NCBI RefSeq assembly: GCF_963921235.1
Contig: NC_086118.1
Coordinates: 22,196,001 to 22,260,000 of the forward strand
Length of the DNA stretch: 64,000 bases
Reading direction: 5' to 3'
Origin: Mobula hypostoma
Lineage: Eukaryota
Position numbers and translations under genes: made by a program. Positions 1 to 11,900 of the stretch are shown piece by piece. The notes beneath the pieces are model-generated. The model did not search any database. It was given only the letters and a program-made list of their open reading frames with translations, and was not told where the DNA came from. Every line of letters starts with the position of its first letter. Position 1 is the stretch's first letter.

Positions 1-277
1 GCAAACACAAAAAAAGAAATAATGTATGAGATCATGAAAAGGCAACGTAACTTCATTGGACATGTGATTGGGAAAGAGGAGTTAGAATGCATGGCAATTA
101 TGGGAAAGATTGAAGGGAAGAAAGGAAGAGGAAGACAAAGACAGATGATGATGGAAACAGCAGCCAGAGAACTGGACATGAATACCAATGAATTGATCCA
201 CTTGACCTGAAACAGGAGTGCGTGGGCCATGGCAGTCAAAGCTCAAACTGGGCACGGCACCTGATGATGATGATGAT
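1..277 (+). mobile_element. 3' end of an RTE-clade LINE (ORF C-terminus, short 3'UTR, (TGA)n tail)
   Basis: ORF 22-210 has the RTE C-terminal signature FIGHV...MGKIEGKKGRGRQR; ends in tgatgatgatgatga at ~262-277. Confidence 0.8.
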
Positions 278-944
278 AGATAATACTGTCTTCTAAACTA
301 CCTGTAAACTTCACATTTCCATCCACAGCATCTGGCTAGTATCCTGATACTCACAGCTTTTAGGAAATGCATTGTTGTAAAATCAGTCCACAGTGCTTTG
401 TCAAATGGAGGACTGGTGGCCAGAGTCATTTAAGTGTAAATGAATCATCTACCCAAAAACTCACTCTAACACAATAGATTGTGTTGGGTAAATTCCAATT
501 CCTGGGATGGCTAACAGATGGATATTGGAGAATTAGGGTCATGGAAGCATTACTCCTATTCCTAATTCTCAAGCATTTTTGGATGGGTACTTACTAGTCT
601 CCTTCTAGAGAACTTTCTCCCTTTAGCTAATGGATCTTCTGAACCAAAGGTATTTGTTTGGAAGAAATAAAACTGGAAGGGAGATAAAATCTGAGAAACA
701 ATCTTATTAAAATATGCAAATGAACATAAATGCTTGTGAGTGAGTTGGTTGCTCAACTTTTTGTCAATTCTACCCTTGTCAATACTGCAAATGGTTAAAT
801 TCAAGGAGTTTGGATTTGCAACTGTGATTTTTAAAAATCTTTCCACTAGGCCCAGAGATGCTGACTTTGATGGTTGAAATGTTTCATTTAATCCTTTTCT
901 TCAAGCTTCCAATCGTTTTCCTTTAACAATTAGAGCAAGTCCAT

Positions 945-1405
945 TCCACAAGGAAAAACCACCTCAATTTTATCTCACAAGTAACTTCAGATCAAAGAGT
1001 TAGTAACGGCGTCCCTTACGGCAGAAAAAGATGTGGCAGCGGGCTCCACTGCCAGCGCTGGTGACCCGCGGATGTACACAACGGCATTGTTCGGGGGACG
1101 ACAATGCAATATGTTAGTGGACACAGGGGCATCAGTATCGATAACAGACTTACCCTTACCAACAACTGGACAGGCCAGTTATATCAGGGGTGTAGGAGGG
1201 AAAACAGTAAAAGCAGAAAGAAGCGAGAAGCAAATACTAGAATTTGGGGGAGTGCAGCTTCCAGTGTATTTCTGGGTATGTCCAAATAATGAAGGCACGA
1301 TTCTTGGAATAGACATTCTATGGGAAGCAGGAGCTGTTATAGATTTGGGAAAGGGAGAAGTAATATGGGTGAGTCAGGGGCAGCGAACGCATACAACCAA
1401 CAGAA
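945..1405 (+). pseudogene. ERV aspartic protease remnant with end of gag
   Basis: LVDTGASVS active-site motif, GVGG flap and ILGIDIL motif; homologous to the protease at 44950-45263. Confidence 0.85.
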
Positions 1406-1730
1406 TACACACTTCACCTCGGTTTTCCCCCTCCCTTTTGGACACTGTCTCCAGCCATGTCCTGATAGGCCACAGCTGTAGCATATCAACTCCTTCACTT
1501 TCTTAAACCTGGTCCGGCAGTCCTTTGCTAGGTGCCCTGGCTGCCAGCAAGCAAAACGAACTCTCCGGGACATCACAGCAGCTGCATTCACTATACCCCC
1601 TTTACGATTTCTCTTGCCTTTTCTTTGGTCTCCCTCACTGGCCCACAAAACAATCGCAGAGTAGTCAGACCCCACTGTTATGCCTAAATTTAAAACTTCC
1701 TGGTGGGCTGAGTTACTTGTTGCTTCCAGC
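1406..1730 (-). pseudogene. ERV gag nucleocapsid remnant with two zinc knuckles, inverted relative to the adjacent protease
   Basis: ORF 1337-1675(-) has RFACWQPGHLAKDC (first Cys lost) and CYSCGLSGHGWRQC; homologous to 45305-45800. Confidence 0.85.
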
Positions 1731-2026
1731 TAAACTTGGAAAATGGAACAATAATTGACACATATTTATAACAACACATGACAAATATGTAAAGGCAGAT
1801 GAGAAGAGAAGTGTGTAACAATTTGGTTCATATTCCTCAAATAAAACCCAATAAGCTCCCTTACCAGTTACCATCCCATGTCTACACCATGATAATCTCC
1901 TACATCTATTTCTATGTTGGTTCTGATCTTAAAACTTGTGTTATTTCTATTGTTGTATCTTTGCTTGATACAGAAATAAAAAATAAATGCTCAATGTTAT
2001 AGATTCATTTAATACATGTCTAATTT

Positions 2027-2473
2027 GGTGAGGGTAGCAGACACCAACAGAATCAACAAACTCATTAGTAAGGCCAGTGATGTTGTGGGGATGGAACTGG
2101 ACTCTCTGACGGTGGTGTCTGAAAAGAGGATGCTGTCCAAGTTGCATGCCATCTTGGACAATGTCTCCCATCCACTACATAATGTACTGGTTGGGCACAG
2201 GAGTACGTTTAGCCAGAGACTCATTCCACCGAGATGCAACACAGAGCGTCATAGGAAGTCATTCCTGCCTGTGGCCATCAAACTTTACAACTGCTCCCTT
2301 GGAGGGTCAGACACCCTGAGCCAATAGGCTGGTCCTGGACTTATTTCCTGGCATAATGTACATATTACTATTTAACTATTTATGGTTTTATTACTATTTA
2401 ATTATTTATGGTGCAACTGTAACGAAAACCAATTTCCCCTGGGATCAATAAAGTATGACTATGACTATGACTA
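2027..2473 (+). mobile_element. Rex1/Babar LINE 3' end, young family
   Basis: ORF ...SHPLH...RCNTERHRKSFLPVAIKLYN, then 3'UTR, AATAAA and (ATGACT)n tail; near-identical to 60216-60665. Confidence 0.85.
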
Positions 2474-2567
2474 TTTACACCTGCCCTCAGGCTATTCATG
2501 GAGTTCTGATTGATTAATGTTTAGAGTGGAGCTTTGGGAATTTATGAAGCATGGATACCACCATAAT

Positions 2568-2735
2568 ACCAAGACATGCATTTAAGGTGAGAGGGAGCCA
2601 TTTTAAAGGAGATGTGAGGGGTGAGTTTTTGCACAGAGAGTAGTGGGTACCTGGAATGTGCTGTTTGGGGTAGTGGTAGAAGCAGATACATTATGGTTTT
2701 TTAAGAGATGCTTAGATAGGAACATGAATGTAGGA
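2568..2735 (+). mobile_element. CR1 LINE 3' fragment
   Basis: Typical CR1 ORF2 end (tttaaggtgagaggg...ttttt gcacagagagtagtgggtacctggaa...ttttaagagatgcttagatagg). Confidence 0.7.
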
Positions 2736-3294
2736 AAATATTCTATAAATTTAATGGTAAAATAGAAATAATCTTTTCCAATGATCTTCACTCAAAGTGA
2801 AAGGAGTTACTAATGTTTACAATGCAAGGGTGCTGTTCCAGAACTCCTTAACTTGGTACTGGTGCCTTTAATTCAGACATGATCTTTAGGCCCTAAAAGT
2901 AGGTCACACGTGTGTCACAAAATCATTCGAGACAAGGTTGTTTCAAAGGTTGAGTGATACCACAGTACAAACATAAACATGAAGATTGATGGATTGAATT
3001 TGTGTATGATTGGCACTTTGATCGAGTGTAGCTGTGTAAATTTCATGGCTCCATTTCATATTTATCAGTGTCTTCCATTTGAAATCTTTGAACTCATCTG
3101 TGACTCTGCACAGATGAGATGCTTTCATGCAAGTAGAATGCTCTTGGTTTTCTTCAAAGTAAATATTTCTAACACCTTCAAAGTGCTAGATGGCCAAAGA
3201 TTTGTGTATCCATTGAGAGTATTGAAAAGTGCATACATAGAAGCTTATTACTATTTGTATATAAATGGTGAATTATTTACATTCTCCTTACAAC

Positions 3295-3817
3295 CTGGTA
3301 CTCCAGCTACAGTGCTGTCGGCAAAAAAGCCTTGCAGAGGGTGGTTAGGGGAGCAGAGAAGGTTATTGGGGTCTCCCTACCTTCTGTCCAAGACCTCTTT
3401 CAGAGTCGATGCCTCCAGAAGACATGGTACATCATTAAAGACCCCTCACACCCTCTCCATGAACTGTTTATTCTTCTGCCATCAGGCAAACGTTACAGGA
3501 GCATCAAAACTAAAACCACAAGGCTACTAAACAGCTTCCTCCCACAGGTAGTCAGACTGCTAAATAGCTGCTCTACCTGACTCTGCTTTGGACACTTTTA
3601 ACTTGCACTGGACACTTATAACTTGATTTTAACTGACATGTGGCTGTTGTGTTTTACTATTTATTGTTATGTTTATTATTTAGTGTTGCGTTTGTTATGT
3701 TATGATTGCACTGCTCCCGAGAAACGCTGTCTCATTCTGCCCTGCAGAGCTGATGTACGGTTAGAATGACAATAAAGTTTTTTGAATCTTGAATCTTTTT
3801 TTTGAGTCTTGAATCTT
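3295..3817 (+). mobile_element. Rex1/Babar LINE 3' end
   Basis: ORF LQRVVRGAEKVIG...DPSHPLHELFILLPSGKRYRSIKTKTTRLLNSF; AATAAA and (TTGAATC)n tail. Confidence 0.85.
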
Positions 3818-6199
3818 ATTCTCACGAGTTAATTTAATGAAGCTTGTAGGTGTTCAAATACTTATTGATTCTCTGTATTACCATGTTTAATTAGGTCATT
3901 TGTAATTTTTCTTGTAAATACTGCTTATATGATGCCATGTGCCAATGATGCTACTGTAAGTAAACGCTTTTTTACAACTCTTTGTAAATGTACTTGGGAA
4001 TATGAGAATAACCTTGACTAAGACTTTGACTACACTATGGAGAATGCAGTGAATGAGAGCTGATTTATAAGAGTGATTGAAATTTAAGAATATCCGGATT
4101 AAAAGGAATTAAGTTCTCCTTTCAATAGTATAGTTCATTGGTCACAATACTGATGCATTATTTACTCTTGGGCTTGGCCATTAGGGGATGCTATGGTAAA
4201 GCAACTCGATCCTCTTTTAAATATAGTTTACTTTTGCATCGAATCAGTACTGAGTTCAAGTTTGTTGTCATTCAACCATACACATGTATACTGTCAAACA
4301 AGACAGGTGTCCTCTAGACCAAGGTGCACAACACATTACATATAACTCACACACTTAACATATAAAATTATATTACCACAAGTCAATTAACAAATAATAA
4401 GGTGCACATAAGACACAAGTTAAAAGGTAAACTGCATAATGCTGCATTGCTTCATATGCGATGTGGCAAGGAGCTCAGTAGTCTTACAGCCGAGGGGCCA
4501 GACATGTCAAAGGTATGAGATTCAAAAGATCTCTGTGATGATCTGTTCATTAAAAATTTTATGTCACGGGACCTTGATCAATGTCCAAACATAAAGTATG
4601 AACAGAAGGAGGATGAAAATTAAGCTTGCCAACATTTAACTGGGGCAGATCTTCCAGTCTTACCCTCTTCAATAGCAACTATCCCTATATCTCCTGGCAT
4701 AGTCCTCAGAAGAGAGACCAGCTCCTACCCTTTCCATGCTGTCCAGCTCAGTATAGTGCCTTCCCCAACATAAGCGGCCGGCCACATTGACAGAAGCGCA
4801 GCCACAGTCTTACTGGCTGCAAGGCTGTCACTGAAATTACACGTCAGTGGCAGTCCTTTGGCATAGTGTTCAAAATCATTAGAATGTTATTAAAAATAAA
4901 AATATCAAAGCAACAATTATATTATTTGGAAGAAACACAAAAGTACATACAATTTTAAAAGCAATTAAATATAATGAACAGTGTGTTTGCTATTCTCCTG
5001 GCATTCCTCCTTCCCAATCATTTCACTGTACAGCCTCAGTGAGCAGGTCTCTGAGCCTGAGAACTGGGATACTGTATCTGCGGTAATTCATGTTCCCCAC
5101 GGGCTGTCTACATTCACAATACAAGGGCAACTAGCAGCATGGACAGTGTAGCAGAAAATATCGGCTCATGCTTCATCTTGGAAGATGCCTGCCTCTGTCA
5201 CACAGAAGCTTTGGAAGTAAGATAAAGGTTTGTCCTATCACAGCTGCTCAGTGAAAAACTAACAGACCCAATTGCCACAATAGAATTGATGCAATTTGGT
5301 AAAATAAAACTAAACCCTAAATAAATTGCTGACTGGCTCACATTTACTGCTGCATAATGTGATGCAAATCCCTGCAATATATATTAGGAATTGCATATGT
5401 TATGTGACTGGAGCAGAGCTGATAAGATTAGTTCAGACCAGAAGGAAGCCCTGAAGAAAAATCACTTACTTTTTCTATCAAGCCTTTCTTTCCACAGCCT
5501 CCCTTCTGCCAGTGCTTTGATCACATATCCCTCATATCCAGAGGGACTGTTCTCTATGAATACTCTCTGATTCCTAGTAGCATAAATGCCAAAGTTATCA
5601 TTTATCTTCCAGCATCTCAGCCTCACATCTAACTTACATAAACTTTTCTCAGTAAAGATCATATTCTGCTCCTCTGTGATATGAATCCTGTTATGTCTAC
5701 CCTGATTATGTGTCTGTACTTTCTTTTTCAAGCCTTTTTATATTTGAAGATGAATCACTTTTATCAACATCACACAATCTCAGCTAAGATTTGGCCTTTC
5801 TGACTGTTGTTTGTTGTAAACTCAATATCATGCTGGTCTGTTTTCATTGTTGCACTTTCTAAGTGTGTTGCAAGTATGCAGTGTAAATTTTTAAATATTT
5901 TTCATAGCAACATGAAAGTTTATGCTGCAAGAGGAAACCATTTGGTCCATCACACCCATGCGAGTCCGAAATCAACCTGTTTCAATTATTGAAGAATAGA
6001 AAGCTGCAGATGCGAGCAACTTGAAAAAAAATCAGAACATACTAGATATGCTCAGCAAGTCATACAGTATATGTTGAGAGAGAAACAGAGCAGAGGTTTC
6101 ATGTGTTAATTCTGCCCAATGAGTATTTCCAGTATTTCTTGTTTTGTTTTAATGTTTGTGCAATTTAGCAGTTATTTTTTGCTTCTGACCAGTTCGGCT

Positions 6200-7030
6200 T
6201 TGTTTTCCTTAGACCGGAGGAGGCTGAGGGAGGAACTGAAAGAGGTGCACAGAACTATGATGGGTGAAGATAGGTTAGATGGCAGGAAACTTCTTCCCAT
6301 AGGGAATGATAGTATAGAAGGATGCCGTAGGTTACAACAGGACTTTGATAGGATGCAGTGCTGGATTGAGAAGTAGCAGATGGAGTTTAAGAGTATGAAG
6401 TGATACACTTGGAAGATCGAACTCGAAAGCAGAATGCAAGATTAATGGCAGAGTTCATGGCAGCGTGGAGAACCAGAGGAATCTTGAGGTCTATGTCCAT
6501 AGATGGCTGAAAGTTGCAGTGCAGGTTTATGGGGTGGTTAAGAAGGTGTGTGGTGTGTTTGCCTTCATAGTCTGGGAATCGACTTCAAGAGCCATGAGAT
6601 AATGCTGCAACTCCATCAAACTCTGGTTAGACCACACTTGGAGAATTGTCTTCAGTTTTGATCATCTCATTAGAGGAACAACATGGAAGCAGAGGAGATT
6701 GATCAGAATGCTGCCTGGATCATATCTTATTGGAATGAGCTAAGGCTTGTCTCTTTGGAATGAAAGAGGATTGGAGGTGTTTAAAGGCATCTAAGATGAT
6801 AAGAGTTATAGATAGATAGAGGTAGGTTTTCCACAGAGAGTGGTAAGTGCATGGTTTGCACTGCCAAGAATGGTGGTGGAAGCAGATACATTAGGGACAT
6901 TTAAGAGACTCCTAGGCAGGCACACGCATGTAAGAAAAATGGACGGCTAGATAAGGAAGAGTCAGACTGAAAGATTGACACAACATCGTGGACTGAAGGG
7001 CTGCTCTGTTCTATGTTTTATCCTATGTTC
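6200..7030 (+). mobile_element. Degraded CR1 LINE, RT C-terminus to 3'UTR
   Basis: LFSLDRRRLR and LQQDFDRMQCW..KxQMEF segments, ctggttagaccacacttggag, tail gctctgttctatgtt...ctatgttc. Confidence 0.75.
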
Positions 7031-8040
7031 AGAGCTAGCAGCATAAATCATACATTGAAGGTAAGGGGTAAGAAGTTGAGTGGGGATCTGAAAAAGAACT
7101 TTTTCACTCAGGGTAGTAATAATCTGAAACACTCAGCCTGAATTTGTGGTACATTTGCAACATTAAAGAAGTCTTTACATGAGTACCAAAAAGGTTACAG
7201 GCCAAGTGGCAGTTGATAGGCTAATGTAGATACGTAGGTAGCTGATGGTCAGCATAGATATGATGGGCCACAGGGCTGTTTCTGTGTTCAATGATACAAC
7301 TCAGTATTTCTAATTCTTCAGATACTTTCTGTCCCACAAAACTCCTCAGGCATCTTCCTTGAATACAGATTGCCTGCAATAGCTGTGTTTTGTTTATCAC
7401 AGGCCCAACAAGAACGTCTTTACTCTTTCTCTTCTGTCCCCCCTCTATTGGCAACTCTCCCTGTCAGATTCCATGTGATTAATAACCTGCTTCTCACCGA
7501 TCCAATTTGGCATCATCCGTCTTCTTTTTGTCTCCATCTCCATCTTTCCCCCTTTTCTGCAACTTAAAACGTAGTTACTTTCTCACTTTTCTGCTGTGAT
7601 GGAAGTTCATTGGCTTGAAGCATTAACTCTCCACAGACGATGTCTGTTCCAATGTGAATTATTCCCACTTTTCAGATGCAGGCAACTTTAAAGTTAGGTG
7701 AGGACTTCAGCCTCTCTTTTGGCCATGACTTTCAGACCCTCCCATTCTTTGTGTGAAACTCTTTTTTTCTCAGTTTGTGCTATTCCTACTACAATGTAAT
7801 ATAAATCTACATGCCTGAGTTATCAAAATGGAGGCAGTCCAAATTTTAGGCTAAATGAAATTGTGGGAGGTCTTGAGATGGACCTTGGAATATACTGGGA
7901 AAGCTGGCAAACTCAACTACAATAGTATTTATAGGACACCAAGAGCTTCAGAACAAGTGTACTTATTTGTTATGGACTAACAACTAGGCATACCATATGT
8001 AATGCTTACTCGTGGATCCATGATGGTGTAATATACAGAG

Positions 8041-8290
8041 GGACACAGCAGCGCATTTATGGGAGATGCTGCCTCACAGTTCCAGTGACTTAATTTCAGT
8101 TCTGACTTCTGGTGCTGGCTGTGTGAATTTTAAATGTTCACCCTGTGACTGCATGGGTTTCCACCTACGTCACAGAGTTGTGCTATTGGTAAGGTAATTG
8201 ACCACTGTAATTTTCCCCTAGTTTATAGGTCAGTGGAGAATTTAAGAAGAGTCGTAGGGAATTTAAGGAGAAGAAAACAGGATTGGTATA
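8041..8290 (+). mobile_element. tRNA-derived V-SINE (HE1-like), interrupted by a Penelope pLTR insertion
   Basis: Head gctgcctcacag..ccagtgac...ttc; V-domain-like ctgtgtgaatttt..atgttc.ccctgtgactgcatgggtttcc; sequence resumes after 8481. Confidence 0.65.
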
Positions 8291-8469
8291 GACATGAGGA
8301 ATTCTGCAGATGCTGGAATTTCAAGCAACACACAAAAAAGTTGCTGGTGAGCGCAGCAGGCCAGGCAGCATCTCTAGGAAGAGGTACAGTCGGTGTTTTG
8401 GGCCGAGACCCTTCGCCAGGACTGTACCTCTTCCTAGAGACGCTGCCCGGCCCCAGCAACTTTTTTTTG
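8291..8469. mobile_element. Short Penelope insertion made of two head-to-head pLTR pieces
   Basis: Minus-strand pLTR 8291-8423 fused to plus-strand pLTR 8420-8469; 12-bp TSD aggattggtRta at 8279-8290 and 8470-8481. Confidence 0.85.
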
Positions 8470-11400
8470 AGGATTGGTGTAAGGTTGGTGGAAATCCTGT
8501 CACCAATTTTAATGCCATTACATTCTACACTAAGATGACTTAGTACATATTTTACAAAAACATTCCACAGATGTTGCGTCCAGAATCAAAAGTTTAAAAC
8601 TTTGGATAGTACTGGATGCACATAGTAGAATTAGAATTCACCTTGCTTTAAATATAGTGATCCATTCATGCATTCTCATTCCTTCTTAATAGTTTTTCAA
8701 TGGATCTTGGCAGTCATTTTGGGGAGTTATAAACAGACTTGCTTCTAAAATGCACAGCTTTAAATGATCCATTTAAATGTGGAAATAGTAACAGTACACT
8801 TTGTGAATTAGCTTTACACATGCTTAATGCAATGAGAATTCGTAAATCTGATCTGCAGGCAAAAAGGCTGAAGGCTTAATAAGATATTGTAACCTTGCTC
8901 CCTGCTGTTTGCAAAAACTTGGAACATTCTTCACTGTAACACATTACCTGATAGTGAGAGAGCGTCAAATTATTCGGCAGGATGATGTTGACAAATTTTC
9001 TTCTACAAAAGCTATTTTAGTTTTGGTGGAATAAAGGACAGTTTCAATTAAACCATCTCTGGTTAAAGTTTGACAACTCACTTTCCTGTTAAATGCTGGA
9101 AAGGCTTCTCCTTGACACAGCTGAGGGAATGATGTTGAAATGGGGAGGTTTAGCCTGATTTCACCTGCCTCATAAATCTTCAGCGAAATAAATGCAACTC
9201 CATTTTCCTTGTCTCCTCTCTCTTTTGTGGTGATAATGCACATTAGTTGAAGCTTGGCTACGCACTTTCAAGAGACAATGAGGTGAGGCAGGAAGAAATA
9301 TTAGCAATGAGGCCCAGGAAACTTTTACTGTTGCGCAGTTGGGTGCTTCAGAGATGAACTGCTCGACACAGTGAGATGATTTAAAGAGTTCACAAGAAGA
9401 ACTGAAAACTGAACGCAGTGTCCAGATACTTGCTAGACAGACTTAATTATCACATAAAAAGTTTGAATGCATTGTCACATTTAAGCTTCTAAGTACATAT
9501 CCTGTTTCATAACATAGAAGTATAATGAATAAAATGTTGCTATTAATGGATCCATTAAGCCATTTTTGTTACATAAAGTATCAGTTGCTATTCCCCTTTT
9601 CTACCATAATATGCTTAAAACCATCAACAAACATCAGTTTAAACTTTTGCAATGAAAATATGTGGCTGTTTTAAAGCAGTTAACTGTTCTTTCTCTTACC
9701 AAAAAAGTTCAACAAACATTTACAAACACTTAATTCAAACTTTCATTTGGCTGCATAGATATAAGGAGTATTCACATTAGACTGCAAGATTTTCTCTTTA
9801 AATTGGTTGATATCAATGATACTTGTAGTGGTCCTTTAAAAGCCAACAATGAAGAACTTCATACAATAATAGAGGGACTGCAGATAGTATTAATTAGCAG
9901 AACAGGTGAATGTTTTCATTGTACCTATCACTCAGCTCCTGATTTTAACAAAAAGTTTGGGGTGAACAAAAGTTCACCTAAATTAATGGCATGAATTTTC
10001 CTCCTGAAAACAGCAGATGGAAGGACCTTAGGGATTTCAATTCTTTGTTGCCCGTCAGCAGCATGTGAGGTCTCATCCTTTTTGTAAGGTAAGTACCAAA
10101 GTATCCTTATAACAATACAAAGAAATTACCTCATCAGCATTGAAACCGCAGAGCAGAAAAACCAAATGCACTTCTCAAATATCTCATCCAGACTTTCTTG
10201 CAATTCATCACAGGGCTTAGTTGCTTAGCATTTGGTAGATGAACTTACCCAAGGACAAATTATAGCTTACTAAATGCTACAAAAGGATTATGAACAAAAG
10301 AAAAACCTACAAAACTAATGCAATTCATCTCCTAGGTGCAATTAAATATCAAATTCTAAAACAATTGGTTCATTGGGAAGAATAGAGGGCAGGACAATGC
10401 TGTGATGTGCTCAAAGCATGATGGTTAGGGTGAAGAGTTAGCTTAATGAATTACTGCCTTTCTTATTCCTTTTGAGTTCCTGAAAAATGTAGCTTTGATA
10501 TCTCATAGAAAATTGATGTTAGTCAGCACAGTAAGTGCCACTATTAACAATGTACTGTTTTTTTTGTTCTAACTGTCTTTTTGGCATAACTTTGTATAAT
10601 TTCTGTTAAGTTATAATTTTCCCGTGAACATGTGTGTCTAACGTTTGGTGCCTGTGATGCTGCCACAAGTATGTTTTCCTCTGTACCTCTGCATAAATGT
10701 GCTTATAGGCATGACAATAAACTCGACTTTGATCTTGACTCTGGGCAAACGACACTGGCTCGCAATGTCACATCTTGGAAGCAGCTCCTCAACTGCCAGC
10801 ATGACAGCAGAAGAAATGGGCTAAACAGACCAGAACTCCGAGGGATCACCCAGATGGGCGTCTTGGTCAGTGCGGACCCACTGGACCAAAGAGCCAGCTC
10901 CTGCGCTGTATTACTCTGTGACTCTATGAGGCAGAACTTTTATTGTGAAATGGGACTGGATGGGTCAATAGGGAGACTTAATGTGTTGTGTATTCAATTT
11001 TATAAAAACATTAGATGAAAGTCATATCAATTCCAAGCGACACTTTAACTTTGCGAACTCACAGCATGTAAGGTGTCTGTACAAGTTAAGCATGGTAGGT
11101 TTGTTAAATGTTTGCTAATAGTGGCTGGATTCTTCCTTGGCCTCAGGGCTCCAGTGGCATGAGAACAAAAGACCAAGTTGTTTGTCTGACTCTGTGTGTC
11201 TTGCTATGCTTGTGGATTGAATCCTTATTTACTGAGGCACCTTTCATGCGGTTCTTGGGTTGTCACCCAGACCGAGGAATCATGATCATCTGTGCCTTGG
11301 ACGGGGACCCAGGATGATTTCATGAGTCGGAATTCAGAGTTCCCCCGACAATAGTGACATTCAGGTCCCCCAGTGACAGTGGTAATCAAGTGGAGACTAC

Positions 11401-11649
11401 CAATAGTGAGATCTGAAATCTTTGCGGAAACTTACAACATAGTACTTAGTGTGGTTTACTTGTACTTTCTGTTTTATGATAATAAATTAGGCTTAAGTTA
11501 CTTTGTTGTGCTTGAACGCTTATTATCACACCTCCTGGAGGGACTAAATAGGGACATTTATGTGAGAGTGGGGCTTTGAAAGCTGAAGATAATTTTTAAA
11601 CAGCAAAATTTAAAATAATATTTTCTTTAAAATAGTATTAAAATACTAT

Positions 11650-11900
11650 TTTGGGCATTGAGGGAGAGAGGAAGAGGAGAGCCATCTGCAGTACCACCGA
11701 TGTGGCAGAGAGGGCCTCAAGATGGCTGTGGCTCAAAAGAGGGGAGCCATGGAGTCATAAGTAGCTAGCCATCTGGACACAAGCTGGGGTCTGATCAGCC
11801 GCGGCTGGGTCCCCTGGAGGAGGTTGTCTGATGTTGAAAGACCCGAAACACCCGATGATTCCAGGAATATCACTGAAGCTGTGTCCAGAAGTAGATGTAC
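11650..11900 (+). mobile_element. HERO/NeSL-type (RLE) non-LTR retrotransposon 3' end
   Basis: Translates LGIEGERKRRAICSTTDVAERASRWLWLKRGEPWSHK*, the characteristic HERO C-terminus, followed by the recognisable 3'UTR (ctggacacaagctggggtctgatc...gaaagacccgaaacacccgatga). Confidence 0.7.

Noticed and set aside
1033-1506. 157-aa ORF as a complete protease gene
   Set aside because: It starts at GTG and its C-terminal ~35 aa are the antisense of inverted gag, so it is a rearrangement product.
2979-3530. 183-aa ORF, and similar hydrophobic ORFs at 17419-17976, 42024-42506, 53213-53704 and 63077-63493
   Set aside because: They span TE boundaries or are antisense or shifted frames of LINE fragments; no domain signature.
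5034-5088. Possible short + strand exon (LSEQVSEPENWDTVSA)
   Set aside because: Weak donor, unrecognised peptide and no partner exons.
5462-5731. 89-aa minus-strand ORF ending at a GTAAGT donor
   Set aside because: No recognisable protein or acceptor; composition resembles decayed LINE sequence.
10013-10094. Candidate exon (acag...AAG/GTAAGT)
   Set aside because: Stop codons in all three frames; at most a non-coding exon, with no other support.
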